Notes under the pieces: model-generated
The model's database searches: none
What the model saw: the letters and a program-made list of their open reading frames with translations, nothing else
What the model was told of the DNA's origin: nothing
Shown: one piece after another, positions 9,105-17,796 of the stretch
Position numbering within the stretch: position 1 is the stretch's first letter
How the letters are laid out: each line of letters begins with the position of its first letter
Program-made: the position numbers and the translations under genes
Origin: Ignicoccus pacificus DSM 13166
Lineage (GTDB): Archaea > Thermoproteota > Thermoprotei_A > Sulfolobales > Ignicoccaceae
Reading direction: 5' to 3'
NCBI GenBank assembly: GCA_025340205.1
Contig: CP006868.1
Coordinates: 1,020,001-1,052,000, forward strand
DNA length: 32,000 bases

Positions 9105-9461
9105 TTGTCGGCTAGCTACAGACACGTGGGAGTGAGGGGGGTCGAGCCCCCTAAGATAGCTTGCGATGACCCCGAGTGCCCCTGGCACGGTCACTTGAAG
9201 GTGAGGGGCACTATCCTCGAGGGGGTCGTCGTAAGGAAGAGGATGCAGAAGGCAGTGGTAGTGAGGCACGAGTACTTGTACTACAACCGTAAGTATCAGA
9301 GGTACGAGAAGAGGAAGAAGAACATCCACGCGAGGCTCCCTCCTTGTCTAGCTAATGAGATCAAGGAGGGCGACATGGTGGTGATCGGAGAGACCAGACC
9401 TTTAGCTAAGAGCATAAGCTTTGTTGTCCTAGGTAAGAAGGTAACCGGAGGTGAGAAGTAA
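9105..9461 (+). CDS. rps17: Small ribosomal subunit protein S17 (true start probably GTG near 9126-9132)
   Basis: [62 protein letters not shown] is the archaeal S17 pattern. Confidence 0.93.
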   Translation: MSASYRHVGVRGVEPPKIACDDPECPWHGHLKVRGTILEGVVVRKRMQKAVVVRHEYLYYNRKYQRYEKRKKNIHARLPPCLANEIKEGDMVVIGETRPLAKSISFVVLGKKVTGGEK

Positions 9462-9874
9462 TGGTCAAAGCGACGGCGACCAAATCTAGGAGAAAGATAG
9501 TAACCGGACTTCAAGTGGGAAGCTACGTTAAGGTAACCGACAACAGCGGAGCCAAGCTTGCGATGATCATAGGCGTTCCCGGCTACCACGGAAGGCTGAG
9601 GAGGATACCTCCAGCCGGAGTGGGCGACATGGTGGTCGTCACCGTCAAGAAGGGAACCCCCGAGATGAGGCACCAAGTGGTAAGAGCGATAGTGGTGAGG
9701 CAGAGGAAGCCCTTCAAGAGGCCCGACGGAACTTGGGTCGCCTTCGAGGATAACGCTGTAATCATCGTCAACGAGGATGGATCCCCAAAGGCCTCGGAGA
9801 TCAGAGGTCCCGTGGCCAGAGAAGTCGTGGAGAGGTGGCCCAGAGTAAGCAACGTGGCCAGCATAGTGGTGTGA
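9461..9874 (+). CDS. rpl14: Large ribosomal subunit protein L14
   Basis: [68 protein letters not shown]. Confidence 0.97.
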   Translation: MVKATATKSRRKIVTGLQVGSYVKVTDNSGAKLAMIIGVPGYHGRLRRIPPAGVGDMVVVTVKKGTPEMRHQVVRAIVVRQRKPFKRPDGTWVAFEDNAVIIVNEDGSPKASEIRGPVAREVVERWPRVSNVASIVV

Positions 9875-9875
9875 G

Positions 9876-10265
9876 GTGATAGGAATGCCCATGGTTAGGT
9901 CTAAGAAGCCTTCCAAGCAGAGGAAGTTCTACTTCAACGCCCCTCTGCACCTAAGGCACAAGTTCATGAACGCGCCGCTGAGCGAGGACCTCCAGAAGAA
10001 GTACGGCGTGAAGAGGCTCCCAGTGAGGAAGGGAGACACTGTGAGGATACTCAGGGGAAGGTTCAGGGGACACGAGGGAACCGTTGCTAAGGTAGATCTG
10101 AAGAAGGCCAGGATATACGTGGACGGAGCCACCATCGAGAACAGCAGAGGCGAGCCCGTTTTCTACCCCATTCATCCATCCAAGGTTGTTATTGTGAAGC
10201 TTGGTAACGTGGATAAGATCAGGGAGAAGATAATTAACAGGAGGAAGAAGGAGGTGAGTGAGTAA
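9876..10265 (+). CDS. rpl24: Large ribosomal subunit protein L24 (true start likely at the [22 protein letters not shown] segment)
   Basis: [60 protein letters not shown]. Confidence 0.96.
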   Translation: MIGMPMVRSKKPSKQRKFYFNAPLHLRHKFMNAPLSEDLQKKYGVKRLPVRKGDTVRILRGRFRGHEGTVAKVDLKKARIYVDGATIENSRGEPVFYPIHPSKVVIVKLGNVDKIREKIINRRKKEVSE

Positions 10266-11032
10266 TGGCAAGAGTAGGAGGAGGAAAGAGGCACCTGAAG
10301 AGGCTAGCTGCCCCGTTCTTCTGGCCCATTCACAAGAAGGAGGCAGTATGGGCGGTAAAGCCTAGGGCTGGCCCCCACCCACAAGAGGAGAGCCTACCCC
10401 TCCTAGTGGTAGTGAGGGACGTCCTCAAGTACGCCGAGACCTCCAGGGAGGCGAGGAAGCTAATCGCTGAGGGAAGGATCAAGGTAGACGGAAGAGTTAG
10501 GAAGGACTATAAGTTCCCCGTGGGCTTAATGGACGTCATCGAGATAGTGGGAGCGGACGAGTACTACAGAATGGTACCCTATCCTACCAAGTACCTAATA
10601 CCCTTGAGGATAGACGCCGAGGAGGCCAAGTACAAGCCGGTTAGGATAGAGAACAAGACCACCGTAAAGGGAGGTCATATACAGCTGAACTTGCACGACG
10701 GTAGGAACATACTAATCAAGGTGAGCGATCCCAGGAGCCCCGTGGAGGCCGAGCAGTACAAGACCCTAGGAACCTTGCTCATAACCGTTCCAGAGCAAGA
10801 GATCAAGGAGTACGTGCCCTTCGAGCCCGGAGTAATCGCCATAGTGAGCTCCGGTAGGAACGTGGGTAGGATTGGAAGGATAGAGGAGATATCCGAGAGG
10901 CTCGGAAGGAAGAAGACCTTAGTGAAGATGAGAGATGTAAACGGAGAAGTTTTCTACACCGTGGCTAGCTATGTGTTCCCCATAGGTAAGGAGGAACCCA
11001 TAATTAAGTTGCCCGAGGGTGGTTGGAAGTGA
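10265..11032 (+). CDS. rps4e: Small ribosomal subunit protein S4e
   Basis: [67 protein letters not shown]. Confidence 0.97.
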   Translation: MARVGGGKRHLKRLAAPFFWPIHKKEAVWAVKPRAGPHPQEESLPLLVVVRDVLKYAETSREARKLIAEGRIKVDGRVRKDYKFPVGLMDVIEIVGADEYYRMVPYPTKYLIPLRIDAEEAKYKPVRIENKTTVKGGHIQLNLHDGRNILIKVSDPRSPVEAEQYKTLGTLLITVPEQEIKEYVPFEPGVIAIVSSGRNVGRIGRIEEISERLGRKKTLVKMRDVNGEVFYTVASYVFPIGKEEPIIKLPEGGWK

Positions 11033-11616
11033 GCGCGGAGGTAGAGGTCAAGTCCCTAGAGGTACCCATACCCCAAGAGAAGGTGAAGGAGATACTGGAG
11101 AGGTGGGAGAAGCAGCCGATGCTCAAGCCGAGGCTAGCCAAGGTAACCGTCAACATAGCCCTAGGAGAGAGCGGAGAGAGGCTGGAGAAGGCCTACAACT
11201 TGCTCCAAGAGCTGACCGGTCAGAAGCCCGTGAAGAGGGCTGCTAAGAAAACCATAAGGCAGTTCGGAATCAGAAGAGGAGAGAACATAGCGGTCATGGT
11301 GACCCTCAGGGGAGAGAGGGCTAAGGAGTTCCTGAAGAAGGCTCTAGAGGCGGTCAACTGGAAGATTAAGGCTTCCAGCTTCGACGAGTTCGGGAACGTG
11401 GGATTCGGAATAAAGGAGCACATCCAGATACCCGGAACTAGGTATGATCCTAGAGTAGGAATATTCGGAATGGACGTCATACTAACTATCGAGAGGCCCG
11501 GCTACAGGGTCGCCAGAAGGAGGAGGGCTAAGGCTAAGATACCGAGGAGGCACAGAGTGACCAAGGAGGAGGGAATGGTATTCCTAGCCAAGGAGTTCGG
11601 AGCTAAGATCATATGA
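11023..11616 (+). CDS. rpl5: Large ribosomal subunit protein L5
   Basis: [57 protein letters not shown]. Position in the spc cluster. Confidence 0.96.
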   Translation: MEVSAEVEVKSLEVPIPQEKVKEILERWEKQPMLKPRLAKVTVNIALGESGERLEKAYNLLQELTGQKPVKRAAKKTIRQFGIRRGENIAVMVTLRGERAKEFLKKALEAVNWKIKASSFDEFGNVGFGIKEHIQIPGTRYDPRVGIFGMDVILTIERPGYRVARRRRAKAKIPRRHRVTKEEGMVFLAKEFGAKII

Positions 11617-11656
11617 TTATATGCTCCCGTGAAAGCGGAAGTGGGGGTGTGAAGTC

Positions 11657-11821
11657 ATGGCGAAGTTCAGGCCACCAAAGTATAGGAAGTTCGGCAGGGG
11701 AGCCAGGAGGTGTCAAAGGTGCGGAAGCCAAGACGCCATCATAACCAAGTACGGGCTCTACCTCTGTAGGCAGTGCTTCAGAGAGGTAGCTCCCAGCATG
11801 GGCTTCAAGAAGTACAGGTAA
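11657..11821 (+). CDS. rps14: Small ribosomal subunit protein S14 (zinc-binding type, 54 aa; absent from the supplied ORF track)
   Basis: Hand translation from ATG 11657: [54 protein letters not shown]. Two CxxC motifs, between L5 and S8. Confidence 0.95.
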   Translation: MAKFRPPKYRKFGRGARRCQRCGSQDAIITKYGLYLCRQCFREVAPSMGFKKYR

Positions 11822-11824
11822 GGG

Positions 11825-12235
11825 GTGAGAGCAATGGTAATGTTGGATCCCTTGGCCAACGCTTTGAACACCATTTATGCCAATGAGGTTAGAGGCAACA
11901 AGGAAGCCATAATAATGCCCGCCTCAAAGCTGATAGCTAACGTGCTAAGGGTGATGCAGAGAGAGGGCTACATCGGAGAGTTCGAGTACATCGACGACGG
12001 AAGGTGGGGCAAGATAAGGGTTCAGTTGCTGGGAAGGATAAACAAGTGTGGAGCGATTAAGCCTAGGCAATCCCTAAGCTACAGAGAGCTCCTAAGGCTC
12101 CCCGAGTGGGTGAGGAGGTTCCTACCCTCCAAGGACGTGGGAGTGCTCATACTGAGCACCCCTCAAGGCCTCATGACCCACAAGGAGGCCATAGAGAAGA
12201 GGGTAGGAGGAATAGTGTTGGCTTACGTGTACTGA
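11825..12235 (+). CDS. rps8: Small ribosomal subunit protein S8 (start possibly 11834)
   Basis: [78 protein letters not shown]. Confidence 0.96.
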   Translation: MRAMVMLDPLANALNTIYANEVRGNKEAIIMPASKLIANVLRVMQREGYIGEFEYIDDGRWGKIRVQLLGRINKCGAIKPRQSLSYRELLRLPEWVRRFLPSKDVGVLILSTPQGLMTHKEAIEKRVGGIVLAYVY

Positions 12236-12290
12236 TTTTTCCCCTATACCTATACGTGATCCTTTCCCTAGTCCTTATGGGTATCCGGAC

Positions 12291-12674
12291 TTGAGGGCGG
12301 CAGATTTAATAAAGAGGCCCCCTATCTCTTGCTTCCCCTCTACTTCGCTGAAAGAAGTAATCAAGATAATGAGGAACAATAACGTAGGCAGCGTAATGAT
12401 AGTGGACGGAGGAAAGCTCCTGGGCATATTTACGGAAAGGGACCTGGTGAAGGCGTTAGATGAGGGTGCCAAGCTCGAAGAACCCATATCCAAGTACATG
12501 AACCCTTCTCCCATAACGGCGAAGGCTGACGAAAGCTTGGAGTCTGTAGTCAGAAAGATGCTAAACAACGGACTTAGGCACATACCAGTCGTTGATTCGG
12601 AAGGGAACGTATTAGGTGTAATAAGCATTAAGGATATAGTCGAGACCCTCTATGAGGGTTGTAACCCTCCGTAA
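12291..12674 (+). CDS. Tandem CBS domain protein
   Basis: Two CBS motifs: NNVGSVMIVDGGKLLGIFTERDLVKAL and NGLRHIPVVDSEGNVLGVISIKDIVETL. Confidence 0.9.
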   Translation: MRAADLIKRPPISCFPSTSLKEVIKIMRNNNVGSVMIVDGGKLLGIFTERDLVKALDEGAKLEEPISKYMNPSPITAKADESLESVVRKMLNNGLRHIPVVDSEGNVLGVISIKDIVETLYEGCNPP

Positions 12675-12681
12675 GGATTTT

Positions 12682-13374
12682 TCATTCCTTCAAAAACAAA
12701 TGCTTGACGCTTCTCCGAGCGAGCTTTCTTCCTACGTACTTAGCATAGCTCTTAGGAGAGATATGACCCCTAACCATCTTTACCCTCCCCTTCACTATAG
12801 CGTCCAGTATCTCCTCTGGGATGGGCTCGGCTTCTATGATGCTGTGCGCAGAGGCAACCATTTCTGCATCGTGGGCGTCGCTGTTAGCAAGCATAGGTTT
12901 CCTCAATATCTTGGCGACCTCCACTGCCCTTTCGTTAATCTTCTTGGGAGCCCTAGCGTTCCACGCCTCTATGGCGTGCATCTCTAAGTCATAGATACTC
13001 TCTCCGCATCCGTATCTCCTTTCGTCGTAGGGATGGGCTGGTATGTAGAGGCATCCCCACTTCTCCGCCCAATCGTAAAGCCTCAAGGCGTCCTTTGGGG
13101 GAGGGGAGGGAGGTAGGGAAGGACATAGGATGAGGATATCCATGTACTTCCCATAGTACCTAGCCCTCACCTCGTTACCGTAGATGAGTATTATGTCAAG
13201 ACCCTTGTTCTTTATGAACTCCGCTGCGGCCTTGGAACCCTCGAAGGTGTCGTGATCAGTAATAGAGATGGCTTGAAGGCCTTTGTCTATAGCGCTCATA
13301 ATCATTTTTTCCACAGGATCTAAACCATCGCTATGTGTTGAGTGCATGTGAAGGTCTGCCCGGAGCGCAGGCAC
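12682..13374 (-). CDS. PHP domain metal-dependent phosphoesterase
   Basis: PHP motifs RADLHMHSTHSDG, AISITDHDTFEG, GNEVRARYYGKYMDIL, IPAHPYD and LANSDAHD. Confidence 0.9.
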   Translation of the reverse strand: MPALRADLHMHSTHSDGLDPVEKMIMSAIDKGLQAISITDHDTFEGSKAAAEFIKNKGLDIILIYGNEVRARYYGKYMDILILCPSLPPSPPPKDALRLYDWAEKWGCLYIPAHPYDERRYGCGESIYDLEMHAIEAWNARAPKKINERAVEVAKILRKPMLANSDAHDAEMVASAHSIIEAEPIPEEILDAIVKGRVKMVRGHISPKSYAKYVGRKLARRSVKHLFLKE

Positions 13375-13482
13375 ACTTCAAACCCGTAAACCTAGTCACC
13401 TAGGGGAATTTATATGAAGGCATAGGGGTATATGCATCCCCTTTAGACTCTAAGTGCGAGAACAGAAGGTTCTACTAAAAAG

Positions 13483-13860
13483 TTATTCTACCTTTATCTC
13501 CTTTCTAGACTCCCAGAGACCGTGGAGGTTGCAGTATGCTAGAGCGTAGAGCACTCCGGGCTTCTGAACCTTCATGGTAAAGGTTACCTCAGGCTCCATG
13601 TAGCCAGGGGCAAAGAAGGCCCTTCCTACGAAGACGGGGTTGAAGGCCCTTCCCTCCTCGTAATAGTATAGCTCCACCCACCTTATGGAGTGCTCAGGAG
13701 TGCTCGGATGAGGCCCTACCTTTACGGTTACCTTGAAGGCCTCTCCAGCCTTCACCTTCTCGGGGGCCTCTATCTTAGGAGCATGGGTCTCAGCCTTGCC
13801 CTTTACCTCCTCTGGGGCGTTCTCTGGGGAGTAAACTAGCTCTCCGAAGGGCTTTACCAT
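13483..13860 (-). CDS. Superoxide reductase (neelaredoxin type), active-site Lys replaced by Thr
   Basis: Iron-ligand motifs present: ETHAPKI, VGPHPSTPEHSI and YCNLHGLW. The canonical EKHxP motif reads ETHAP. Confidence 0.93.
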   Translation of the reverse strand: MVKPFGELVYSPENAPEEVKGKAETHAPKIEAPEKVKAGEAFKVTVKVGPHPSTPEHSIRWVELYYYEEGRAFNPVFVGRAFFAPGYMEPEVTFTMKVQKPGVLYALAYCNLHGLWESRKEIKVE

Positions 13861-13871
13861 AACCTACACCC

Positions 13872-13886
13872 GTTAACAGTGTTAAC
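13872..13886. promoter_or_regulatory. Inverted repeat GTTAACA-G-TGTTAAC upstream of the superoxide reductase
   Basis: Seen in sequence: gttaacagtgttaac, 12-26 nt upstream of the minus-strand start codon at 13860. Confidence 0.5.
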
Positions 13887-13949
13887 ATCATTCCTTTTAG
13901 GTTAGGGTATTCGGGATTGAAAACTTGACTTAAAAAAGATTGGATGCGT

Positions 13950-14189
13950 TCACTTCACCAAGTTAGCTATGAAGGAAGCTAGGAAGTAAGTAACGACTCC
14001 GGAGATGAGGGCGCCGACCACGGCGGCCACTATGTTCAGGCTGAGTAAACCGCTCAGGAAAGCTTGAAGCGCAGCCGTGACGGCTAGGAACTTAACAAGA
14101 CCTCCCCAAGTGACGTAGTCTTGGGCCGCGAAGGTCAAGGCGGGAAGCAAGAGTATCGCGAGAGCTAACAGTTTCCTCAACTTCGACAC
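13950..14189 (-). CDS. Small exported membrane protein, signal peptide plus two TM segments; VirB2/CedA1-like topology
   Basis: MSKLRKLLALAILLLPALTFAAQ signal, then WGGLVKFLAVTAALQAFLSGLLSL and IVAAVVGALISGVVTYFLASFIANL. Confidence 0.6.
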   Translation of the reverse strand: MSKLRKLLALAILLLPALTFAAQDYVTWGGLVKFLAVTAALQAFLSGLLSLNIVAAVVGALISGVVTYFLASFIANLVK

Positions 14190-14228
14190 CGCGCAGTAAG
14201 GACAAGCGCATCCGTCCCTTATTAGCGA

Positions 14229-14735
14229 TCACCAAGGGACGTCTTTGAGCTTTAGCATGTAAGCTATCCTGTTCGCGGTTACGTGAAGCCCCACTATGAT
14301 CACTCCGGCTATAATCCAGTATTCCATCTTAGGTCTCCACCCTAGAGCCATCATCAACGCCGTGGCTCCTAGGAAGAAGTCGAGCTGATCCGCTAACGGA
14401 AGAGGTGCCCCCCTCTCGAGACCCAACCTTCTCTTAATAAATGAGAAGAGCATGTCGCCCAGAAGAGCTCCCAAGGAGCCCACCAAGCCGTAAACGAAGT
14501 AGTCGAGATCTGAGGTCAGGAGCCAGAGGCTGAGAGCTACTGTGCCTCCAAACCATAAGCCTAGGAGCAAGCCCTCCCAAGTCTTTCCATCTCCTAGGAT
14601 CCTTCTGCCATCTATGAAGAGCTTCCCGAAATCCACGGGTGTTCCCTTTTTCAAGAACACGGGTGAAGCGTTGGCGACCATAGCTGGTAAGTATATCATT
14701 AAGAGCTTAATGAGCTCGCTCAACAGCTCACCCAA
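14229..14735 (-). CDS. carS: CDP-archaeol synthase
   Basis: YLPAMVANASPVFLKKGTPVDFGKLFIDGRRILGDGKTWEGLLLGLWFG is a CarS signature region. Multi-pass membrane protein. Confidence 0.93.
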   Translation of the reverse strand: MGELLSELIKLLMIYLPAMVANASPVFLKKGTPVDFGKLFIDGRRILGDGKTWEGLLLGLWFGGTVALSLWLLTSDLDYFVYGLVGSLGALLGDMLFSFIKRRLGLERGAPLPLADQLDFFLGATALMMALGWRPKMEYWIIAGVIIVGLHVTANRIAYMLKLKDVPW

Positions 14736-15280
14736 CTGATCTCACCTCTTCCTATCGTGAAGCACCTAATCTCCTCTCGGGGACATTCCATAATCGCCAT
14801 CCTCTTGCCTTCTCTCAGTCTTTTCACTCGTACCACGTAGTCCGCCCAAGGCTCTATAAACTCGTGATAAGGGGTCCTACCGCTCTTGGCACTAACTTGG
14901 GCCACGGTAACGCTTAGCTTCCCTTTCTCGCCCCTTCTGTGCATGAGCCAAGAGACGAGGGCTGAGACCTTGCTTCCTATCTCCGGAGGCAAGTACCTGG
15001 TTATGGAGGAAAGGCTATCTATTACCAGGACGTCGACGTCTAAGTTTTCCAAAAGAACCAAGAGTAAAGTGCGGTAATCCATGATTACCGAGGTCTTGGT
15101 CTTAGGACAAGATATGTGGAAGAAGGAGAGCTCATCCTCCGTTGAGATGTAGAGGGAACTTTCAGTACATCGAGAGCTGGCAAGCCAAGAGGCTAGGGCG
15201 CTCTTCCCTACCCCCGCTTCCCCGTAGATCAAGTAATGACCTTCAAGCGGCCAATCCCTTGAGCTCCCTTTGCCACTCAC
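14720..15280 (-). CDS. RecA-superfamily ATPase, RadB/KaiC-like
   Basis: Walker A IYGEAGVGKSALASWLA, Walker B DVLVIDSLSSITR, and WADYVVRVKRLREGKRMAIME. Confidence 0.7.
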   Translation of the reverse strand: MSGKGSSRDWPLEGHYLIYGEAGVGKSALASWLASSRCTESSLYISTEDELSFFHISCPKTKTSVIMDYRTLLLVLLENLDVDVLVIDSLSSITRYLPPEIGSKVSALVSWLMHRRGEKGKLSVTVAQVSAKSGRTPYHEFIEPWADYVVRVKRLREGKRMAIMECPREEIRCFTIGRGEISWVSC

Positions 15281-16646
15281 CGCTCTCTAGCCTCTCTTTA
15301 GCTATCTTTACCGCTTTCTCGACCTTCCTTAGTGCTTCCGGGGACAGGTGTCCCGAGTACTTCTCTAATTCCTCCTTGTCTATTACCCTAACCATTCCGT
15401 CGTAGACCACGTCCACCTCCATGTCTACATAGCGAGCAAAGCACTCTCCTATTTCGACGTCGCTGTTTATATTTACGTAGACTCCCTTCAAATCCCCCAT
15501 TTCAGAGAAGTAGCCGTGGATTACAAAGGGTGAGAACGGCTCTATCAAGGTTATTATGAAGTCTCCAGGCTCCTTTTTGACATTTATGCCATCGTAGATG
15601 CCGTATTCTCGCACAATCCTTTTCATTACCAAGTATTTTTCCGTAGTCCCGATGACCCTTCCCGGTCCCAGAGTAATGCAACTCCCGTCCAACTTCTCAT
15701 GCCTTATCTCGAAGTTCTTACAATCGGAACACTTTTCTAGCAAGAACTCCTTCACCTTTCCTTCAAGGTTCCAATCGAAGGGAACGACCTTGTCCCCTAG
15801 CTCGGCAGCTGTAGAGAACTTGTCCCCGCCCGCCTTAAGGGTATGGTGGAAGGGCATGGTACTTAGAACCTTCCTCCTCTGCTCGTCCGCTCTCTTTTTA
15901 TCCTCTAAGGTGGTCTTGAAGATGCCAAGAAACTCGCCCTCATAGACCTTGGTGCCAGGAGGAAGGTCTCTGGCCCTTACCCATATCTTCTGGGCCTCCT
16001 GAACGAGTCTTTCCAGTTCTTCCCTTAATGCCTCAAGCTCCGCACTCCTAGCTGAGGACCTCCAGTGAACCTTTATTCCCATCGATACTATGTCGCTAGC
16101 TAAGTTGATGAGTAACGCCTTCCTTTCCAAGTTAGTTATGTGTTTGGAGAAGCTAACCCCTTGTCCCCTCCCCAATATCACTTCTACGTAGAAGCCTTCT
16201 AGCCTAAGCCCTTCCTCCAGCACTACCTTGTCCTTAGGGTAAACCTTGCTTCTGATAACCTCAGCTATCATCTCCTTTCCTGGATAGCATTCTCTACTCC
16301 TAACCTCTGCCTCTATTCCCTCAATCGTCGTTTTGCAGTTCTCGTCCACGACAATCTTGTAGGCCGAGTGTAGGTTAGGCTTCGCCACATAACGGGGAGC
16401 GAGGGGGAACAGTTCCTTTAGAGTCTCGTAAACTTGTGTTCCCTCTTTGTAGAAGCCGTTGACTAGGACCTCGTGCACGTTCCTGTCAGAGTGCTTGACC
16501 GTTACGTGTGGAGGGAGGGGGGAGCCTTCCACTCCCCCGAGCCTCTCGCTGAGCTTCTTGCTTACATCAGAGAGTTCGAAGCCCTTTTCGAGTAAAAGGC
16601 TGGCTATGGCAGTTGCGTATATCCCCCTTACCCTCACCCTTACCAT
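15243..16646 (-). CDS. FAU-1-type RNase E/G-related RNA-binding protein
   Basis: Archaeal FAU-1 pattern: N-terminal VRVRGIYATAIASLLLEKGFELSDVS, central HHTLKAGGDKFSTAAELGDK, C-terminal HEKLDGSCITLGPGRVIGT (DUF402-like). Confidence 0.85.
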   Translation of the reverse strand: MVRVRVRGIYATAIASLLLEKGFELSDVSKKLSERLGGVEGSPLPPHVTVKHSDRNVHEVLVNGFYKEGTQVYETLKELFPLAPRYVAKPNLHSAYKIVVDENCKTTIEGIEAEVRSRECYPGKEMIAEVIRSKVYPKDKVVLEEGLRLEGFYVEVILGRGQGVSFSKHITNLERKALLINLASDIVSMGIKVHWRSSARSAELEALREELERLVQEAQKIWVRARDLPPGTKVYEGEFLGIFKTTLEDKKRADEQRRKVLSTMPFHHTLKAGGDKFSTAAELGDKVVPFDWNLEGKVKEFLLEKCSDCKNFEIRHEKLDGSCITLGPGRVIGTTEKYLVMKRIVREYGIYDGINVKKEPGDFIITLIEPFSPFVIHGYFSEMGDLKGVYVNINSDVEIGECFARYVDMEVDVVYDGMVRVIDKEELEKYSGHLSPEALRKVEKAVKIAKERLESGEWQRELKGLAA

Positions 16647-16656
16647 AGCTTACTCC

Positions 16657-16926
16657 TCAGTCCTTGACGGTCTCCAACAAGGTCACGACGTTCCAAATAG
16701 TGATCCTTGTGTGAATGGGCATGTTGGGGTCTTGGGCTATCTCGTCTAGAGCACTTATTGCGTTGGCGGCCCTAACTCCGGGGCTCAGCTTCTCGTCCTC
16801 CAAGTGCCTCACGGCCTCTATGCATACCCTTCTGATGTTTCTGGGGACGGAGGGGTCGTTGATGATCTTCATCAGCATGGTTAGTGCTTGCCTGAGCTTA
16901 GCCTCGTTGTCGTAACGGCTGGCCAA
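16657..16926 (-). CDS. UPF0147 family protein
   Basis: [65 protein letters not shown]. Confidence 0.92.
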   Translation of the reverse strand: MASRYDNEAKLRQALTMLMKIINDPSVPRNIRRVCIEAVRHLEDEKLSPGVRAANAISALDEIAQDPNMPIHTRITIWNVVTLLETVKD

Positions 16927-16978
16927 CTTCTTTTCACCCCGTGTTGAGGATAGTCGGTAGCTTTAAAATAAAGTTCCG

Positions 16979-17368
16979 TTAGGTGGAGGAACCGTCTCCC
17001 TCACTGGCCACGCTCTCGATTAGCTTCTCTATCAACCTAACGTTCTCTTTCAGTATTTCAAGCTCCTCCTTGCTCTCAATTATCTTATTGAGGAGCTTCC
17101 TGCCCTCCTCGGTTATCGTATATAAGCCGTGCTCATCTACATTGAGGAGACCTTGCTGAACCATTTTCTTCAAGGTTGGGTAGATGGTGCTCTTTGGCGG
17201 CACCCACCTTCCGTCAGTCAGCTTCCTTATCTCCTTCAAGATATCATAACCGTTCTTGGGTTTCTCAGCCAGAGACTTGAGTATGTACAGGCTGAGGGGG
17301 TTTAGCTTGTACTCGTTTGCTCCTAGCTTGACCTTGACCTCAAGAAGCTTTCGCATAAGTTCCACCAA
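16979..17368 (-). CDS. PadR-family transcriptional regulator
   Basis: LYILKSLAEKPKNGYDILKEI...WVPPKSTIYPTLKKMVQQGLLNVDEHGLYTITEEGRKLL. Confidence 0.88.
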   Translation of the reverse strand: MVELMRKLLEVKVKLGANEYKLNPLSLYILKSLAEKPKNGYDILKEIRKLTDGRWVPPKSTIYPTLKKMVQQGLLNVDEHGLYTITEEGRKLLNKIIESKEELEILKENVRLIEKLIESVASEGDGSST

Positions 17369-17568
17369 TACGTGACTGAAAATGAGTAATTAAAACGAAG
17401 ACCGTTAACGTAGGCTACCTATGCGATATGTTCACTGTTGGAATTTACCCTTTGTGCTTACTTCACGCCGTGTAAGGTCAGGTCTCTCCCTCTGTCTCCC
17501 CGTGTGGGGTTAGGAAAGGCTACTTTTTAGGAAGGGCTATGTTCTGCAGTGTAAAGGAGTATAATAGG

Positions 17569-17575
17569 ATATATA
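17569..17575 (+). promoter_or_regulatory. Candidate TATA box for the 17605-18548 two-gene unit
   Basis: aggATATATAccc about 42-48 nt upstream of ATG 17617, in an otherwise empty intergenic region. Confidence 0.45.
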
Positions 17576-17604
17576 CCCACCTATGCTTTTAGGTAAGCTT
17601 AACT

Positions 17605-17796
17605 GTGGTGGTCCAGATGTGTCCGCACGCGATACCCTCAAGCGTCGGTAAGGTTCATTGTACTCTAGCGCAGATGGCGGTGAATCCCAAGCTCTATCCG
17701 TGCTTCGGAGATTATGAAAAGTGTCCGATATACCAAGCTGAGATGGAAGGAGATTGTTCAAGCTGCCCCTTAGCTGACGTCTGCGGAAAGAGGTGA
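17605..17796 (+). CDS. Cys-rich microprotein (likely start ATG 17617)
   Basis: MCPHAIPSSVGKVHCTLAQMAVNPKLYPCFGDYEKCPIYQAEMEGDCSSCPLADVCGKR. Seven cysteines in 59 aa; preceded by a GGTGG-like ribosome-binding site; overlaps the next gene start. Confidence 0.7.
   Translation: MVVQMCPHAIPSSVGKVHCTLAQMAVNPKLYPCFGDYEKCPIYQAEMEGDCSSCPLADVCGKR

Noticed and set aside
9066-10271. Minus-strand ORFs of 68-206 aa opposite S17, L14 and L24
   Set aside because: Shadow frames of highly biased ribosomal protein genes; His/Leu/Pro-rich nonsense translations.
11019-11246. 75-aa plus-strand ORF at the S4e/L5 junction
   Set aside because: Out-of-frame reading of L5, composition dominated by Gly/Arg/Glu.
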